Part shown: positions 48,567 to 58,099 of the stretch, piece after piece
Layout of the letters: each line of letters starts with the position of its first letter
Position numbering within the stretch: position 1 is the stretch's first letter
DNA from: an uncultured Bacilli bacterium
GTDB lineage: Bacteria; Bacillota_I; Bacilli_A; RF39; UBA660
Reading direction: 5' to 3'
DNA: 64,000 nt
Assembly: GCA_934101495.1 (NCBI GenBank)
Contig: CAKORG010000003.1
Span: 2,679-66,678, forward strand
Translations under genes and position numbers: made by a program
The notes under the pieces: model-generated
Databases searched by the model: none
The model's input: the letters and a program-made list of their open reading frames with translations, nothing else
What the model was told of the DNA's origin: nothing

Positions 48567-49106
48567 CTAATTAACAATATATTTCTTACTCCAAACGTCG
48601 TAACCAAGAGTTTTAACAAATTCTAAATTTTCAGGTAATATAATTACATCTATATAATTTTTATTTTTAAATAATTCATCTACCTTTTTTATTATTTTAT
48701 TACTATTTATATTTTGTTTTGCAAAATTACAATATGCATTAAAATCGGCATCATAATATTTAACAATTACATTATCAATCAAAATATTTTTTTCTTCTAA
48801 AACAGTTCCACTATTTTTTTTAGATAAACATTTATTTAAACTAATTTCTACAGCTTGATATTTATTATCAAGAAATGCAATTAATGAATTATCTGCAACA
48901 TTTATGTATGAGCCTTCTTCTAAAATATTTTCTTTTAAATATTTATTTATTTTAAAAAGTTCATCTTCTGATAAAGAGATTTCTCCCATTCCAATATAAA
49001 TGTCATTATCTTTTTCAAGTTTCAAATATGATAAAACTATTTTTCCATTATCTACTATAAAATATTCATTTACATTATTGCCATTTTTTATATACATACC
49101 TAACAC
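48567..49106 (-). CDS. hypothetical protein (179 aa)
   Basis: ORF only; no motif recognised. Confidence 0.4.
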   Translation of the reverse strand: MLGMYIKNGNNVNEYFIVDNGKIVLSYLKLEKDNDIYIGMGEISLSEDELFKINKYLKENILEEGSYINVADNSLIAFLDNKYQAVEISLNKCLSKKNSGTVLEEKNILIDNVIVKYYDADFNAYCNFAKQNINSNKIIKKVDELFKNKNYIDVIILPENLEFVKTLGYDVWSKKYIVN

Positions 49107-49245
49107 CCATCGTAATTATACCACAAAATAAATAAAAATACATAAAATTAATTACCGTCATTTTACCGTGAGTTGTATAAAAAAGTGTATATTTTTATTT
49201 TTGAGCAAAATAAAAAGCCCGTAAATACAGGCTTTGAATTCCTTC

Positions 49246-49322
49246 TGGTGGAGAATGTGGGACTCGAACCCGCGACCCCCACGGTGCAAGCGTGGTGCTC
49301 TAGCCAACTGAGCTAATTCCCC
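49246..49322 (-). tRNA. tRNA-Ala (anticodon UGC), CCA encoded
   Basis: In minus sense: GGGGAAT-TA-GCTC-AGTTGGCTA-GAGC-A-CCACG-CTTGCAC-CGTGG-GGGTC-GCGGG-TTCGAGT-CCCAC-ATTCTCC-ACCA. It has the G3:U70 alanine identity pair. A terminator hairpin follows at about 49213-49240. Confidence 0.9.
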
Positions 49323-49364
49323 AGGAACAAAATTATTTTATCATATATCGATAAAATAATCAAG

Positions 49365-49574
49365 CTATTTTTGCACATCTTCTACAATTCTTATTAATCC
49401 AGCTTCAACTTCTTCAAGAGCTCTACCTAAAGGCTTCTTATTTTTATAATCAGTTTCCTTCATTTGATAGTGATTATTTTCAAGCATTTGCTTACTTCTT
49501 TTTGAAGCTACATGAACTAATTTGTACTTAGAATCTACGATATTTAATAATTTATCGATTGATGGATATATCAT
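49365..49574 (-). CDS. rpoZ: DNA-directed RNA polymerase subunit omega
   Basis: MIYPSIDKLLNIVDSKYKLVHVASKRSKQM is the typical RpoZ N-terminus. Start at ATG 49574 with RBS GGGAGAG. Confidence 0.85.
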   Translation of the reverse strand: MIYPSIDKLLNIVDSKYKLVHVASKRSKQMLENNHYQMKETDYKNKKPLGRALEEVEAGLIRIVEDVQK

Positions 49575-49667
49575 TATATTCACTCTCCCTTTTCATTAAT
49601 ATAATACTCATATTATTGATATTAATCAAGCAAATCGATAAAATTTGACAAAACTTTACACATTTAA

Positions 49668-50033
49668 TTAATCTAACACTATCGCAGTTATTTTGTCGCT
49701 TTCTTTTGTTAGTTTAATTTTAATATTGTTTAAGTCATTTTCGTTATTCCGAGGGTCAATAACTTTACCATTTGCACTGGATATGATTGCATTTTTTTCT
49801 GCTAAATCACCAACAGTTAAATAAGCAACTTTTTCTTTTTCAAAAAGACCTTCATCTTTCATAGCATAAATACTTGCTTGTTTTTCAATTGCAGATATTT
49901 TCTCTTCATATAATTGCTCTTCAAAATTAACATTAACCTTACCTGAGATAATCCAAGTGGCAGCAAAGTAGCCAATACTAAATACTGCTAGAACAACCAC
50001 TAACTCAACTACTGTATATCCATTCTTTTTCAT
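49668..50033 (-). CDS. prepilin-type N-terminal cleavage/methylation domain protein (pseudopilin-like)
   Basis: MKKNG|YTVVELVVVLAVFSIGYF matches the type IV prepilin leader and hydrophobic helix. Confidence 0.7.
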   Translation of the reverse strand: MKKNGYTVVELVVVLAVFSIGYFAATWIISGKVNVNFEEQLYEEKISAIEKQASIYAMKDEGLFEKEKVAYLTVGDLAEKNAIISSANGKVIDPRNNENDLNNIKIKLTKESDKITAIVLD

Positions 50034-51010
50034 TTTTCGTTTCCTTCCATCTTACTATGACCACTAAGTTCCCATAAAGGAAATTCGTTCCTTATCTTTA
50101 CTATTTCAGTGAGCATTTTAGTTTTTAATTTATCACCTTTAAATTCAAATAGCTTAACAATAGTTTCTTCTAATATACATTTTGCTACTTCTTCTTCATT
50201 TATTTTGTTATAAAGGTAAGGAATTACAATGTATTTATCTACAAATTCTATATCTTTCTTCTTGAACACATAATAATTTTTAAGCATTCTAATAAGCTTT
50301 CTATAGGATTTAATGTTATGATGATAGATGCTTCTACCTAAAGCAATATACTCTTTTATAGTGAATTTTTTATAATTTTTATTTTTGAAATATTTATCAA
50401 TTCTTTTCTTATTACTAAGTTTGTTACTTATAAGTCTATCCTCTTCTATTATGTAATTCCTTTTGTAATAAAAATCTAGCATTTTAAATATATTGTTTTT
50501 TCCTTTGGCATCTTTTATTAATTCATTAAAATAAGATATATCTACAACACCATAAGCAATAATAACACCATTTACAAAATCATAAACATTAGTCCAATAA
50601 TCAATATGTTTTTGAACTTTTCTATCTTTAAGTATTTCATTTATTTTTGTATCTTTTGGTATTTCTAACGTATCGTTTAATAATAAAATATACTTACTTT
50701 TTAGAAAGTTTATTAAAGCTCTATTATTATTTAAACTTTCCATAGAGCTTTTTTTTATCATTTCTTTTAATGATAAAAAATCCTGTTTATCTAAAGACAT
50801 TATTATTCCTTTAGTATAGTTTTCTTTAACATTATCAATTAAATTTACAAGTACTTCTTTTTTGCTTTTTGTATCACCAATTTTTTCAAAACCGTATATA
50901 TCACATAGTTTATTATAATCATTAATTATATTTATAAGTTCATTTTTCTTTAGTTTATTTAAATATTCTTTATAATTTAATTCACTTTGGAACATATTAT
51001 CACCACACAA
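50030..51010 (-). CDS. hypothetical protein (about 321-326 aa)
   Basis: ORF only. The likely start is ATG 50995 (MFQSELNY). Its 3' end overlaps the pilin-like gene start by 4 nt. Confidence 0.4.
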   Translation of the reverse strand: MCGDNMFQSELNYKEYLNKLKKNELINIINDYNKLCDIYGFEKIGDTKSKKEVLVNLIDNVKENYTKGIIMSLDKQDFLSLKEMIKKSSMESLNNNRALINFLKSKYILLLNDTLEIPKDTKINEILKDRKVQKHIDYWTNVYDFVNGVIIAYGVVDISYFNELIKDAKGKNNIFKMLDFYYKRNYIIEEDRLISNKLSNKKRIDKYFKNKNYKKFTIKEYIALGRSIYHHNIKSYRKLIRMLKNYYVFKKKDIEFVDKYIVIPYLYNKINEEEVAKCILEETIVKLFEFKGDKLKTKMLTEIVKIRNEFPLWELSGHSKMEGNEK

Positions 51011-51067
51011 GATTATTATATAACATTTTTGAATTTTTTTCTATGGTAATTATGTGAAATTTGCAAA

Positions 51068-51475
51068 TTATTCAATTACTTTAAAAACTTCAAAAACAAT
51101 TTTAGTTTTATAATTAAAATTTGGATCTATTAATTTAAATATTCTTGTATGTTCTTTTTTATAATATTCTAAGGATTTATCCCCTTCTCCTTCAATAAAT
51201 GCCATTTTTTTTGTAACATTTGCAAATTCTGTAATTATAACTTTTTCAGTTTCAATTAAACATGCCGTGCTATTATCATCATGAAGTATAATACTTCTAT
51301 CACCAACTTTAGGTAAAGGTTCATTATCATTTTCATATTCACTAAATAATGAAGTTGTTGCACGTTTTTCACCTAAAAGTACAAGTTTTATTAATTTTTC
51401 ATTATCTGCACCAAATTTCCAACATGGAATTTTGACTTTATTTTTTTCTAGCAATAAATTGTTATTCACTTGCAA
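51068..51475 (-). CDS. ASCH domain protein
   Basis: 135 aa. ...LVLLGEKRATTSL...GD..I......... and a C-terminal EGEGD segment are typical of ASCH/YqfB-like proteins. Confidence 0.65.
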   Translation of the reverse strand: MQVNNNLLLEKNKVKIPCWKFGADNEKLIKLVLLGEKRATTSLFSEYENDNEPLPKVGDRSIILHDDNSTACLIETEKVIITEFANVTKKMAFIEGEGDKSLEYYKKEHTRIFKLIDPNFNYKTKIVFEVFKVIE

Positions 51476-51509
51476 TCACCCACAAGATTATTATATGTCA
51501 TTTTATAAA

Positions 51510-52205
51510 TTATTCAATTACTATATCTAAAATATATTTAAAATCTTTAAAACTCGCATTAGTACTCTCAATATCATAATATATACCATTATCTTCAAAC
51601 TCTGTAAAATATGTATTTTCATATTTATAAATAGTCATTTCTTTATTTTTAATATTTGATGTTTTATTATTTTTAGTTTCAAAGAAATAATCACGAAGAG
51701 GTTTTTTATCTTTTGCAAAAGCTACGGTAATTTTTCCTTTTCCATCCTTATTTTTATAAGCATAAATAAGATTATGAATTTTACTAAATGGATTTTCATC
51801 ATCATTTTCAGTTATAGCAAAATAAATATCAGTTTCATATTTTTTTAATATTTCATCGTCATTTTCATAAAGATTTTTACTTCTTTTTAAAAATGGATAA
51901 GCCTTTTCTAAATCATCACTAAAATAAATATTCGTAGACTCATTAATATTCATTATTGTTACATCAATATCATTATTTCCAAATGTTTTTACTTCATTAA
52001 TATAAATATTATCATCATAAGTATTATTTTCTTTAAACACATTGTTTTTAAATTTAAATAACACTATTCCGATGCATATAATAATTAAAACTGCATATTT
52101 AAGCACACCATAATAATTATTTCTTTTCTTATTTGTTACATACCTATAAATATCTTCTTTATTTATTTTTTCATCAAAAATATCTTTTAAAACTTTTTTA
52201 GTCAT
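51510..52205 (-). CDS. putative anti-sigma factor (single-pass membrane protein)
   Basis: 231 aa with a short cytoplasmic N-terminus and one TM. Its start overlaps the stop codon of the ECF sigma gene by 8 nt. Confidence 0.45.
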   Translation of the reverse strand: MTKKVLKDIFDEKINKEDIYRYVTNKKRNNYYGVLKYAVLIIICIGIVLFKFKNNVFKENNTYDDNIYINEVKTFGNNDIDVTIMNINESTNIYFSDDLEKAYPFLKRSKNLYENDDEILKKYETDIYFAITENDDENPFSKIHNLIYAYKNKDGKGKITVAFAKDKKPLRDYFFETKNNKTSNIKNKEMTIYKYENTYFTEFEDNGIYYDIESTNASFKDFKYILDIVIE

Positions 52206-52686
52206 TATTTATCCTCCTTAACTCTTTTAAAGTTCTATAAATATAATTTTTAACATTTGACTCAGTTAAATTTAAAGTATCAGCTATTTCTTTGATAGTA
52301 AAATCTTCACAATAATAAAGATACATTATTTTAGATATATTTCCACCTTTCTTTTTTAAGTAATTCCAAACTAACTCTGTATCAAACTTTTCCATTACGC
52401 TTTTTTCCAAATTAATGTTATCACTAATATTATCATAAAGTACTTCATCGCTTTTTTTCATAAATTTAAACCTATAATATTTTTTTATAACATTTTTTGC
52501 TATACCAAATACATAGTTTTTATCTTTAACTTTATCAATATTTTTATATACTTCAAGATAAATATTTTGAAGTATATCTTGAACATCGCCGATATTATTA
52601 CTACTTACTACTACATATCTAGAAATATCCCTATAACTTTCATTATAAACTTCATTAAACTTTTCTAAGGCTTTTTGACTAGTCAT
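52198..52686 (-). CDS. ECF-type RNA polymerase sigma-70 family factor
   Basis: Region 2 (DVQDILQNIYLEVY) and region 4 HTH (TIKEIADTLNLTESNVKNYIYRTLKELR). Start at ATG 52686 with RBS GAGGTG. Confidence 0.85.
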   Translation of the reverse strand: MTSQKALEKFNEVYNESYRDISRYVVVSSNNIGDVQDILQNIYLEVYKNIDKVKDKNYVFGIAKNVIKKYYRFKFMKKSDEVLYDNISDNINLEKSVMEKFDTELVWNYLKKKGGNISKIMYLYYCEDFTIKEIADTLNLTESNVKNYIYRTLKELRRINND

Positions 52687-52751
52687 TTTTATCACCTCGC
52701 ATATAAAGTGTCATATTTTTCTAAAAAAGTTTCAAAAAAACAATTAGTTTT

Positions 52752-53351
52752 TCATTTACTAATTGTTTTTAACCAAATATCTATATCACTACTTGTGGCA
52801 TCCTCAGAAAAACGGTATCCTTCACGCCATGTTCCGCCGCTTGATATAGATTTCAATTTTTTTGCACTATCACCTAAACCGCTAGATGCTGAAGTACAAA
52901 CAGGATAAATATTTTTATTATCAAAAATATTACCCATTACAAAACTTGATACTGGATAGGCTGCTATTTTCCACCAAATTGGATAAGCTATAATAACATT
53001 TTCATAACTATCAAAGTTATCTGGAACCACTTTTTCAAGTAATATATGTCTTTTTGCTTCATCTTCATGTTCTTTAGATACTCTTGAATTTTTATCATTA
53101 TAATTTAAGTCTTCATCTGTATATTTTTCTTGGGGCACTATTTTAAAAATATCTGCGTCAAGTTTCTTTGCTATTTTCTCTGCTAAATTTTTAGTATGAT
53201 TTTGAGCGGAAAAATAAACAACTAAAGTTTTACCACTTAGCACATCTCCACTTGCTTCATTTTCATTATTTTTTAAACGTACTCCAATAACTGCAACTAT
53301 CGTCATCACTGCAGCTAGTATTATCATTATTATTCTATTTTTTGTATTCAT
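52752..53351 (-). CDS. flavodoxin family protein with an N-terminal signal or anchor
   Basis: LVVYFSAQNHTKNLAEKIAKKLDADIF...IIAYPIWW is the pattern of the exported or anchored flavodoxin-like family. Confidence 0.7.
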   Translation of the reverse strand: MNTKNRIIMIILAAVMTIVAVIGVRLKNNENEASGDVLSGKTLVVYFSAQNHTKNLAEKIAKKLDADIFKIVPQEKYTDEDLNYNDKNSRVSKEHEDEAKRHILLEKVVPDNFDSYENVIIAYPIWWKIAAYPVSSFVMGNIFDNKNIYPVCTSASSGLGDSAKKLKSISSGGTWREGYRFSEDATSSDIDIWLKTISK

Positions 53352-53844
53352 AAATGCCTTCCTTTTCTAATAATTTAATTTTATTATTTATGCCACCACC
53401 ATAACCAGTAATTTTATTATTAGTACCCATAACTCTATGACAAGGAATTATAATGCAAATTGGATTTCTACCCACTGCACCACCAACAGCTTGAGCAGAC
53501 ATCCTTTTTATATTTTTCTTTTTAGCAATACAATTTGCTATATCACCATAACTTATTACTTTGCCATATGGAATTTTCTTTATATACTCTATTACTTCCA
53601 AAGTAAATCTACTCAAATTTTCTAATTTATATGAAGGTATAAAATCGGGTATTTTGCCTTCAAAATATAAATCTAACCAATTACTTGTTTCTTTAAAAAT
53701 ATCTAAATATTCTTCTTTTGCATTTTTTTCTATTTTTTCTATATCATTAGAATTTTGAAACACTAAAGCTGTTAAGTATTCTCCATCTGATGTCATAACC
53801 ATATTATCAAAACCAGATGGTGTTTCATAAAACCATTTATACAT
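53335..53844 (-). CDS. ogt: methylated-DNA--protein-cysteine methyltransferase
   Basis: Active site IIIPCHRV and the ...YGDIA... helix-turn-wing. Confidence 0.9.
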   Translation of the reverse strand: MYKWFYETPSGFDNMVMTSDGEYLTALVFQNSNDIEKIEKNAKEEYLDIFKETSNWLDLYFEGKIPDFIPSYKLENLSRFTLEVIEYIKKIPYGKVISYGDIANCIAKKKNIKRMSAQAVGGAVGRNPICIIIPCHRVMGTNNKITGYGGGINNKIKLLEKEGIYEYKK

Positions 53845-54776
53845 TAATATTTATAAAATCCTTCCCCGCTAGACTTACCAAGTTTTCCTTCGTCAATATA
53901 ATTTTTAAGCAACCTTTCCATGCCTTTAAAGTTATAAGGCGCTAAAAATTTAGGAATTTTAACATACATTAATACAATATCATACGCTGTTTTAAGTCCA
54001 ATTGTATCAAGTATTTCAAATGGTCCTTTTGGTGCGCCTGTTCCTCTTTTCCAAGCTGTATCAATACTTTCTACATCACTAATACCATTTACGAGCAAAT
54101 CAAGGCCAGAAAATAAAAGTGGAATTAACATGGAATTAAGTAAATATCCAGATTTTTCTTTTCGAAGTGGAAGTGGCACCATTCTAATACTTTTAGCAAA
54201 ATCTATTACTTCTTCAAAATATTTTTCATTAGTATCTTTATGCATCATTACTTCAACAATATTATTTTTCCATATTGAATTAGCAAAATGAAGTGCTAAA
54301 AATTTATTTTCTCTTTTTGTAAATTTTGCAAGTTTACTTGGAAGCATCGTAGATGAATTAGTAACTAGTATTGTTTTTTCTGGAAGAAGTGGTGCTATTT
54401 TTTCATAGATTTCTTTTTTAGCATCAAAATCTTCACTCATGGACTCAATTACTAAATCAGCATCACAAACAGATTTTTCTAAATCAATTTCAAAGTTGAT
54501 TTTATTTAGAACTTCTTCAAGAATTTTTAAAGACTTACTAGCATTAAATTTATCAAAATCGGCTATACCCAAAGACCAAGTGTTTATATCTTTTTCTTTT
54601 TTCATTATATTAATTGCATCAATATAAGATTTTTTTACATCTTCAAGTTTTTTCTTACATCTTTTAACACTTTCTTTACTTCTCAAATAAATTGTGACAT
54701 TGTATCCACAGTAGCTTGTTTGAAATGCTATTTGACTGCCTAATATTCCACCACCTAAAATTGTTATATTTTTCAT
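53844..54776 (-). CDS. 3-hydroxyacyl-CoA / 3-hydroxybutyryl-CoA dehydrogenase family protein
   Basis: NAD-binding ITILGGGILGSQIA and a C-terminal 3HCDH domain. Start at ATG 54776 (RBS AGTGAGG). Confidence 0.8.
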   Translation of the reverse strand: MKNITILGGGILGSQIAFQTSYCGYNVTIYLRSKESVKRCKKKLEDVKKSYIDAINIMKKEKDINTWSLGIADFDKFNASKSLKILEEVLNKINFEIDLEKSVCDADLVIESMSEDFDAKKEIYEKIAPLLPEKTILVTNSSTMLPSKLAKFTKRENKFLALHFANSIWKNNIVEVMMHKDTNEKYFEEVIDFAKSIRMVPLPLRKEKSGYLLNSMLIPLLFSGLDLLVNGISDVESIDTAWKRGTGAPKGPFEILDTIGLKTAYDIVLMYVKIPKFLAPYNFKGMERLLKNYIDEGKLGKSSGEGFYKY

Positions 54777-54819
54777 AAAAACCTCACTTTCAAACACAAG
54801 AAAAGAAACAAAATAAATT

Positions 54820-55410
54820 CTACTTTTTCAAGGTATCTTCCATTAACTTTTTTACTGTTTCATATAGCAAATTATTAGCTTCTTCAAGTTCCATATCCGT
54901 TACTTTAAAAGGTTTACCATATTTAATTACTAAATTCTTACTTCTAAAAACGTAATCCCCAGTAATACCAAATGGTACTAAATAAGCATCAGTTTTTTTT
55001 GCCATTGAAACAGCACCAAATTTAAAAGGTAGCAAAAACTCTTGAGTTTTATTTCTAGTGCCTTCAGGAAAAAGACCAATAGCTCCCCCATTTTTAAGGG
55101 TTTCAATTGCTTCATTTTTTGCTTTACCATCATGAACACTTCGATCAACAGAAATACATCCAACTGCTTTAAAGAACCATCTTGTTTTTTTATTATCAAA
55201 ATATTCTCTTTTTGCCATATATTTAATGAACCTTTTTGTTGAAATAATTGATAAACATTGATCATATAAGTGTTTATGGTTACCAACAATTAATATGGCA
55301 CCATCTTTTGGTATATTTTCTTTTCCAATTATCGTGGGATTATAATACCATTTAAAAAATGGTCCTAGTATAAATCTTCCAATTCTATATAATAAAGGTA
55401 TTTTATTCAT
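54820..55410 (-). CDS. plsC: 1-acyl-sn-glycerol-3-phosphate acyltransferase family protein
   Basis: HX4D motif NHKHLYD and the FPEGTR motif. The ATG overlaps the upstream stop codon (ATGAATAA). Confidence 0.8.
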   Translation of the reverse strand: MNKIPLLYRIGRFILGPFFKWYYNPTIIGKENIPKDGAILIVGNHKHLYDQCLSIISTKRFIKYMAKREYFDNKKTRWFFKAVGCISVDRSVHDGKAKNEAIETLKNGGAIGLFPEGTRNKTQEFLLPFKFGAVSMAKKTDAYLVPFGITGDYVFRSKNLVIKYGKPFKVTDMELEEANNLLYETVKKLMEDTLKK

Positions 55411-57136
55411 CGTAATCACCTCGTGTATCTTTTTGTAAGCTCTTAAAATCTACTTTACCAAGTTTTGTTTTAGGTAGTCTTTTTCTAAAAACAAATTCAG
55501 CTGGTATCATATATTTAGATAATTTTTTCTTGCAATATGCTTTAATATCATCTTTAACAAACATCGCAATATAACCTTCTTTTAAAACTATAAAAGCTTT
55601 TGGTACCTCTTGTTTATAAGGATGGGGAACACCAACAATAGTACACTGCAAAACTGCTGGATGTGACTCAATAACTTCCTCAACATGGGATGGATACACA
55701 TTATATCCACTTGAAATAATCATTCTCTTAAGTCTTCCTTTATAAAAGACAAAACCATCTTCATCCATATAACCTAAATCACCTGTATGAAGCCAAACAT
55801 GTCCATCTTTATGCACTTGAAGTGCTGTATTTGTTTCACTTTCATCATTTAAGTAACCTTGCATAAAAGCTTTAGAGTGAACACATATTTCACCAACATC
55901 TCCATATTTTAAAGTTTCTCTAGTAGCTGAATCAATTATTTTAATTTGATTTCCTGCAAGTGGTATTCCAACTGAACCAGATTTATTCACATCATCACAA
56001 GCAAGACAAACAGCAGCAAGAGCTTCAGACAAACCATAGCCTTGAGTGATTTTTCCTGGTGAATTATGTTCTTTTAAATATTCATTCATTTTATTTTCCA
56101 AAGATTTAGGTAGGATATCCCCGCCAGAAACAATATATTTTAAATTTGATAAATCTAAATTTTTAACATTATTATTACTCATTAAAGCTTCATATAAGGT
56201 TGGTACACCTAAAACACATGAAGGATTTTTTTTATGAAACATAATATCAAACTTTTTAGCATCAAATTGAGGAATTAAAATTGAATAACAACCTAATGCA
56301 AGTGGTGTATGCATTAAAACACTTAAACCAAAGCCATGAAAATTAGGCATAATAGCAAGACAACAATCTCCAGCATGCAAATTTTTCATCGATATTTTTT
56401 CTTGAAGCGCTCCAAGTATAAATGCTCTATTTTGAATAACAACATTTTTTGGTGTTCCACTAGTACCACCACTATGAATGATAACGGCGGGTGTATCTTT
56501 ACCAAACTTAGGAAATTTTATATATTCAGTACTATAATATTTTTTATAAAAGCCTTTCCAACTTAAATATTTATCCTTCTTTGGATGTTTTTTATATTTA
56601 CCAATTTGACTTAAATTGTACCCAACTTTTAGAAAAAAAGGCATATAATCAGATGCACTTGCAAATATAACCTCTTTTACATCTGTTTTATCTATAATAT
56701 TTTCAATCTTCGAATAAAAGCTATTTAGCATAATCAAATGTTTACTTTTAGTAGATGTCAAACTAAATAATATTTCTTCTTCACTAGATAAAGGATGGAC
56801 CATATTAGCAATAGCACCAATTTTATTTAATGCATACAAACTAACTAAAACATTTGGCATATTTGGAAGCATTATCGTAACAATATCCCCACGCTTAACT
56901 CCAGCTTTTGTAAACACTTTAGCATATGCATTTATTTCTTTAATGAAATTTTTATAAGTACTTTTATATCCCATATACTCATAAGCAATATAATCAGGAT
57001 ACAAGTAACTACTTTTTTTTACTTGGTCATACATACTTATATCAGGTATTTTTATATTTAATTCTTCCTTTGTATAATATTTAGCCCAAGGCTCAGGTAT
57101 TGGTTTTCTTCTTCTTAAAAATGCAAATAAATTCAT
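55403..57136 (-). CDS. AMP-dependent (long-chain) fatty acid--CoA ligase
   Basis: AMP-binding signature IIHSGGTSGTPK, ...GYGLSE..., ...TGDLGYMDEDGF... Confidence 0.85.
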   Translation of the reverse strand: MNLFAFLRRRKPIPEPWAKYYTKEELNIKIPDISMYDQVKKSSYLYPDYIAYEYMGYKSTYKNFIKEINAYAKVFTKAGVKRGDIVTIMLPNMPNVLVSLYALNKIGAIANMVHPLSSEEEILFSLTSTKSKHLIMLNSFYSKIENIIDKTDVKEVIFASASDYMPFFLKVGYNLSQIGKYKKHPKKDKYLSWKGFYKKYYSTEYIKFPKFGKDTPAVIIHSGGTSGTPKNVVIQNRAFILGALQEKISMKNLHAGDCCLAIMPNFHGFGLSVLMHTPLALGCYSILIPQFDAKKFDIMFHKKNPSCVLGVPTLYEALMSNNNVKNLDLSNLKYIVSGGDILPKSLENKMNEYLKEHNSPGKITQGYGLSEALAAVCLACDDVNKSGSVGIPLAGNQIKIIDSATRETLKYGDVGEICVHSKAFMQGYLNDESETNTALQVHKDGHVWLHTGDLGYMDEDGFVFYKGRLKRMIISSGYNVYPSHVEEVIESHPAVLQCTIVGVPHPYKQEVPKAFIVLKEGYIAMFVKDDIKAYCKKKLSKYMIPAEFVFRKRLPKTKLGKVDFKSLQKDTRGDYDE

Positions 57137-57720
57137 CTTAGATTCTCCCTTTCCTCTTTAATTATATTCATGAGTCTTTCTGTTTCTTCCTTTATATCGC
57201 CATCACACTTGATTGGCTCTAAAAATTTAATTGTTAAATCTTTAGAAAACAGTTTATATTTGCCAGTAATTACAAAAGGAACAATTGGACTATTAGTGTC
57301 AGTTGCCATTTTTACAGCACCTTTTTTAAATTTTAACATTTCTCCGGTTTTCTCGGTTGTTCCTTCAGGAAATATTCCAATTAATTTCTCCTTTTTCAAA
57401 TATCTTTCAGCTATTATTAAAGCATTGCCGTCTTTGCTTTTTCTGTCAACTGGAATAAGTCCTAGATTACCAAAAATTATTTTTTTAGGGCCATTCCACA
57501 ATTCCTTCTTAGCTAAAAAATGAACATTTCTTTTTGTAGCACTTATAAGAAGTGCTGCATCAAAATTACTGGTATGATTACCAGCTAAAACAACTCTACC
57601 GCTAATAGGAATATTTTCAGTGCCAATAAACTTTGGCCTAAAAAACAATTTATAAAACCCCGTAATTAGAGGTCTTAATATTTTATATAATATTGCATCT
57701 TTCATATATCTTTTCCTCAT
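57133..57720 (-). CDS. 1-acyl-sn-glycerol-3-phosphate acyltransferase family protein (second copy)
   Basis: HX4D motif NHTSNFD and the FPEGT motif. 4-nt overlap with the ligase gene. Confidence 0.8.
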   Translation of the reverse strand: MRKRYMKDAILYKILRPLITGFYKLFFRPKFIGTENIPISGRVVLAGNHTSNFDAALLISATKRNVHFLAKKELWNGPKKIIFGNLGLIPVDRKSKDGNALIIAERYLKKEKLIGIFPEGTTEKTGEMLKFKKGAVKMATDTNSPIVPFVITGKYKLFSKDLTIKFLEPIKCDGDIKEETERLMNIIKEERENLR

Positions 57721-57828
57721 ACATTATTTTAACAAATTTATTTTATTTTGTAAATTTTAAATGAGAACAATATTACAAATTATGTATGATTACTATTAAA
57801 ATAACAAACGATTTTTATTTTTGAGCAA

Positions 57829-57942
57829 TTATTTTTTTATTTCTTCTTGGGATAATCCTGTTGCATTTTCTATTACTTTTGTTTCAACATTCATATTAGC
57901 TAAATTTCTAGCAATTGTTATTTTTTCCTTTTTTTTGAAAAA
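57829..57942 (-). pseudogene. remnant of an Rpn-family C-terminal tail
   Basis: Hand translation of the minus strand gives ...KKEKITIARNLANMNVETKVIENATGLSQEEIKK*. It resembles the tails of the Rpn genes at 23829 and 39663. There is no start codon and a stop lies just upstream. Confidence 0.3.
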
Positions 57943-58099
57943 TTTTTTAGGTTACAAAAATATATTGCTAAAAACACATGATATATTAGGTAAAAAATAT
58001 GCAAAGAAATTTTATTTTTTAGCCAAAAATTAGGGTCAAAAAGTGTAAAATAAGTTGGAATCAAAAAAGACTACTAGAATATATCTAATAGCCAATTTA

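Noticed and set aside
54978-55289. 103-aa minus-strand ORF inside plsC, and plus-strand ORFs inside the plsC and ligase genes
   Set aside because: They are alternative or antisense frames of genes with clear catalytic motifs, and I recognise no motif in them.
57821-58033. 70-aa plus-strand ORF in the plsC-valS intergenic region
   Set aside because: It is antisense to the Rpn-tail remnant, hydrophobic low-complexity, and has no RBS. The region is better explained as decayed Rpn sequence.
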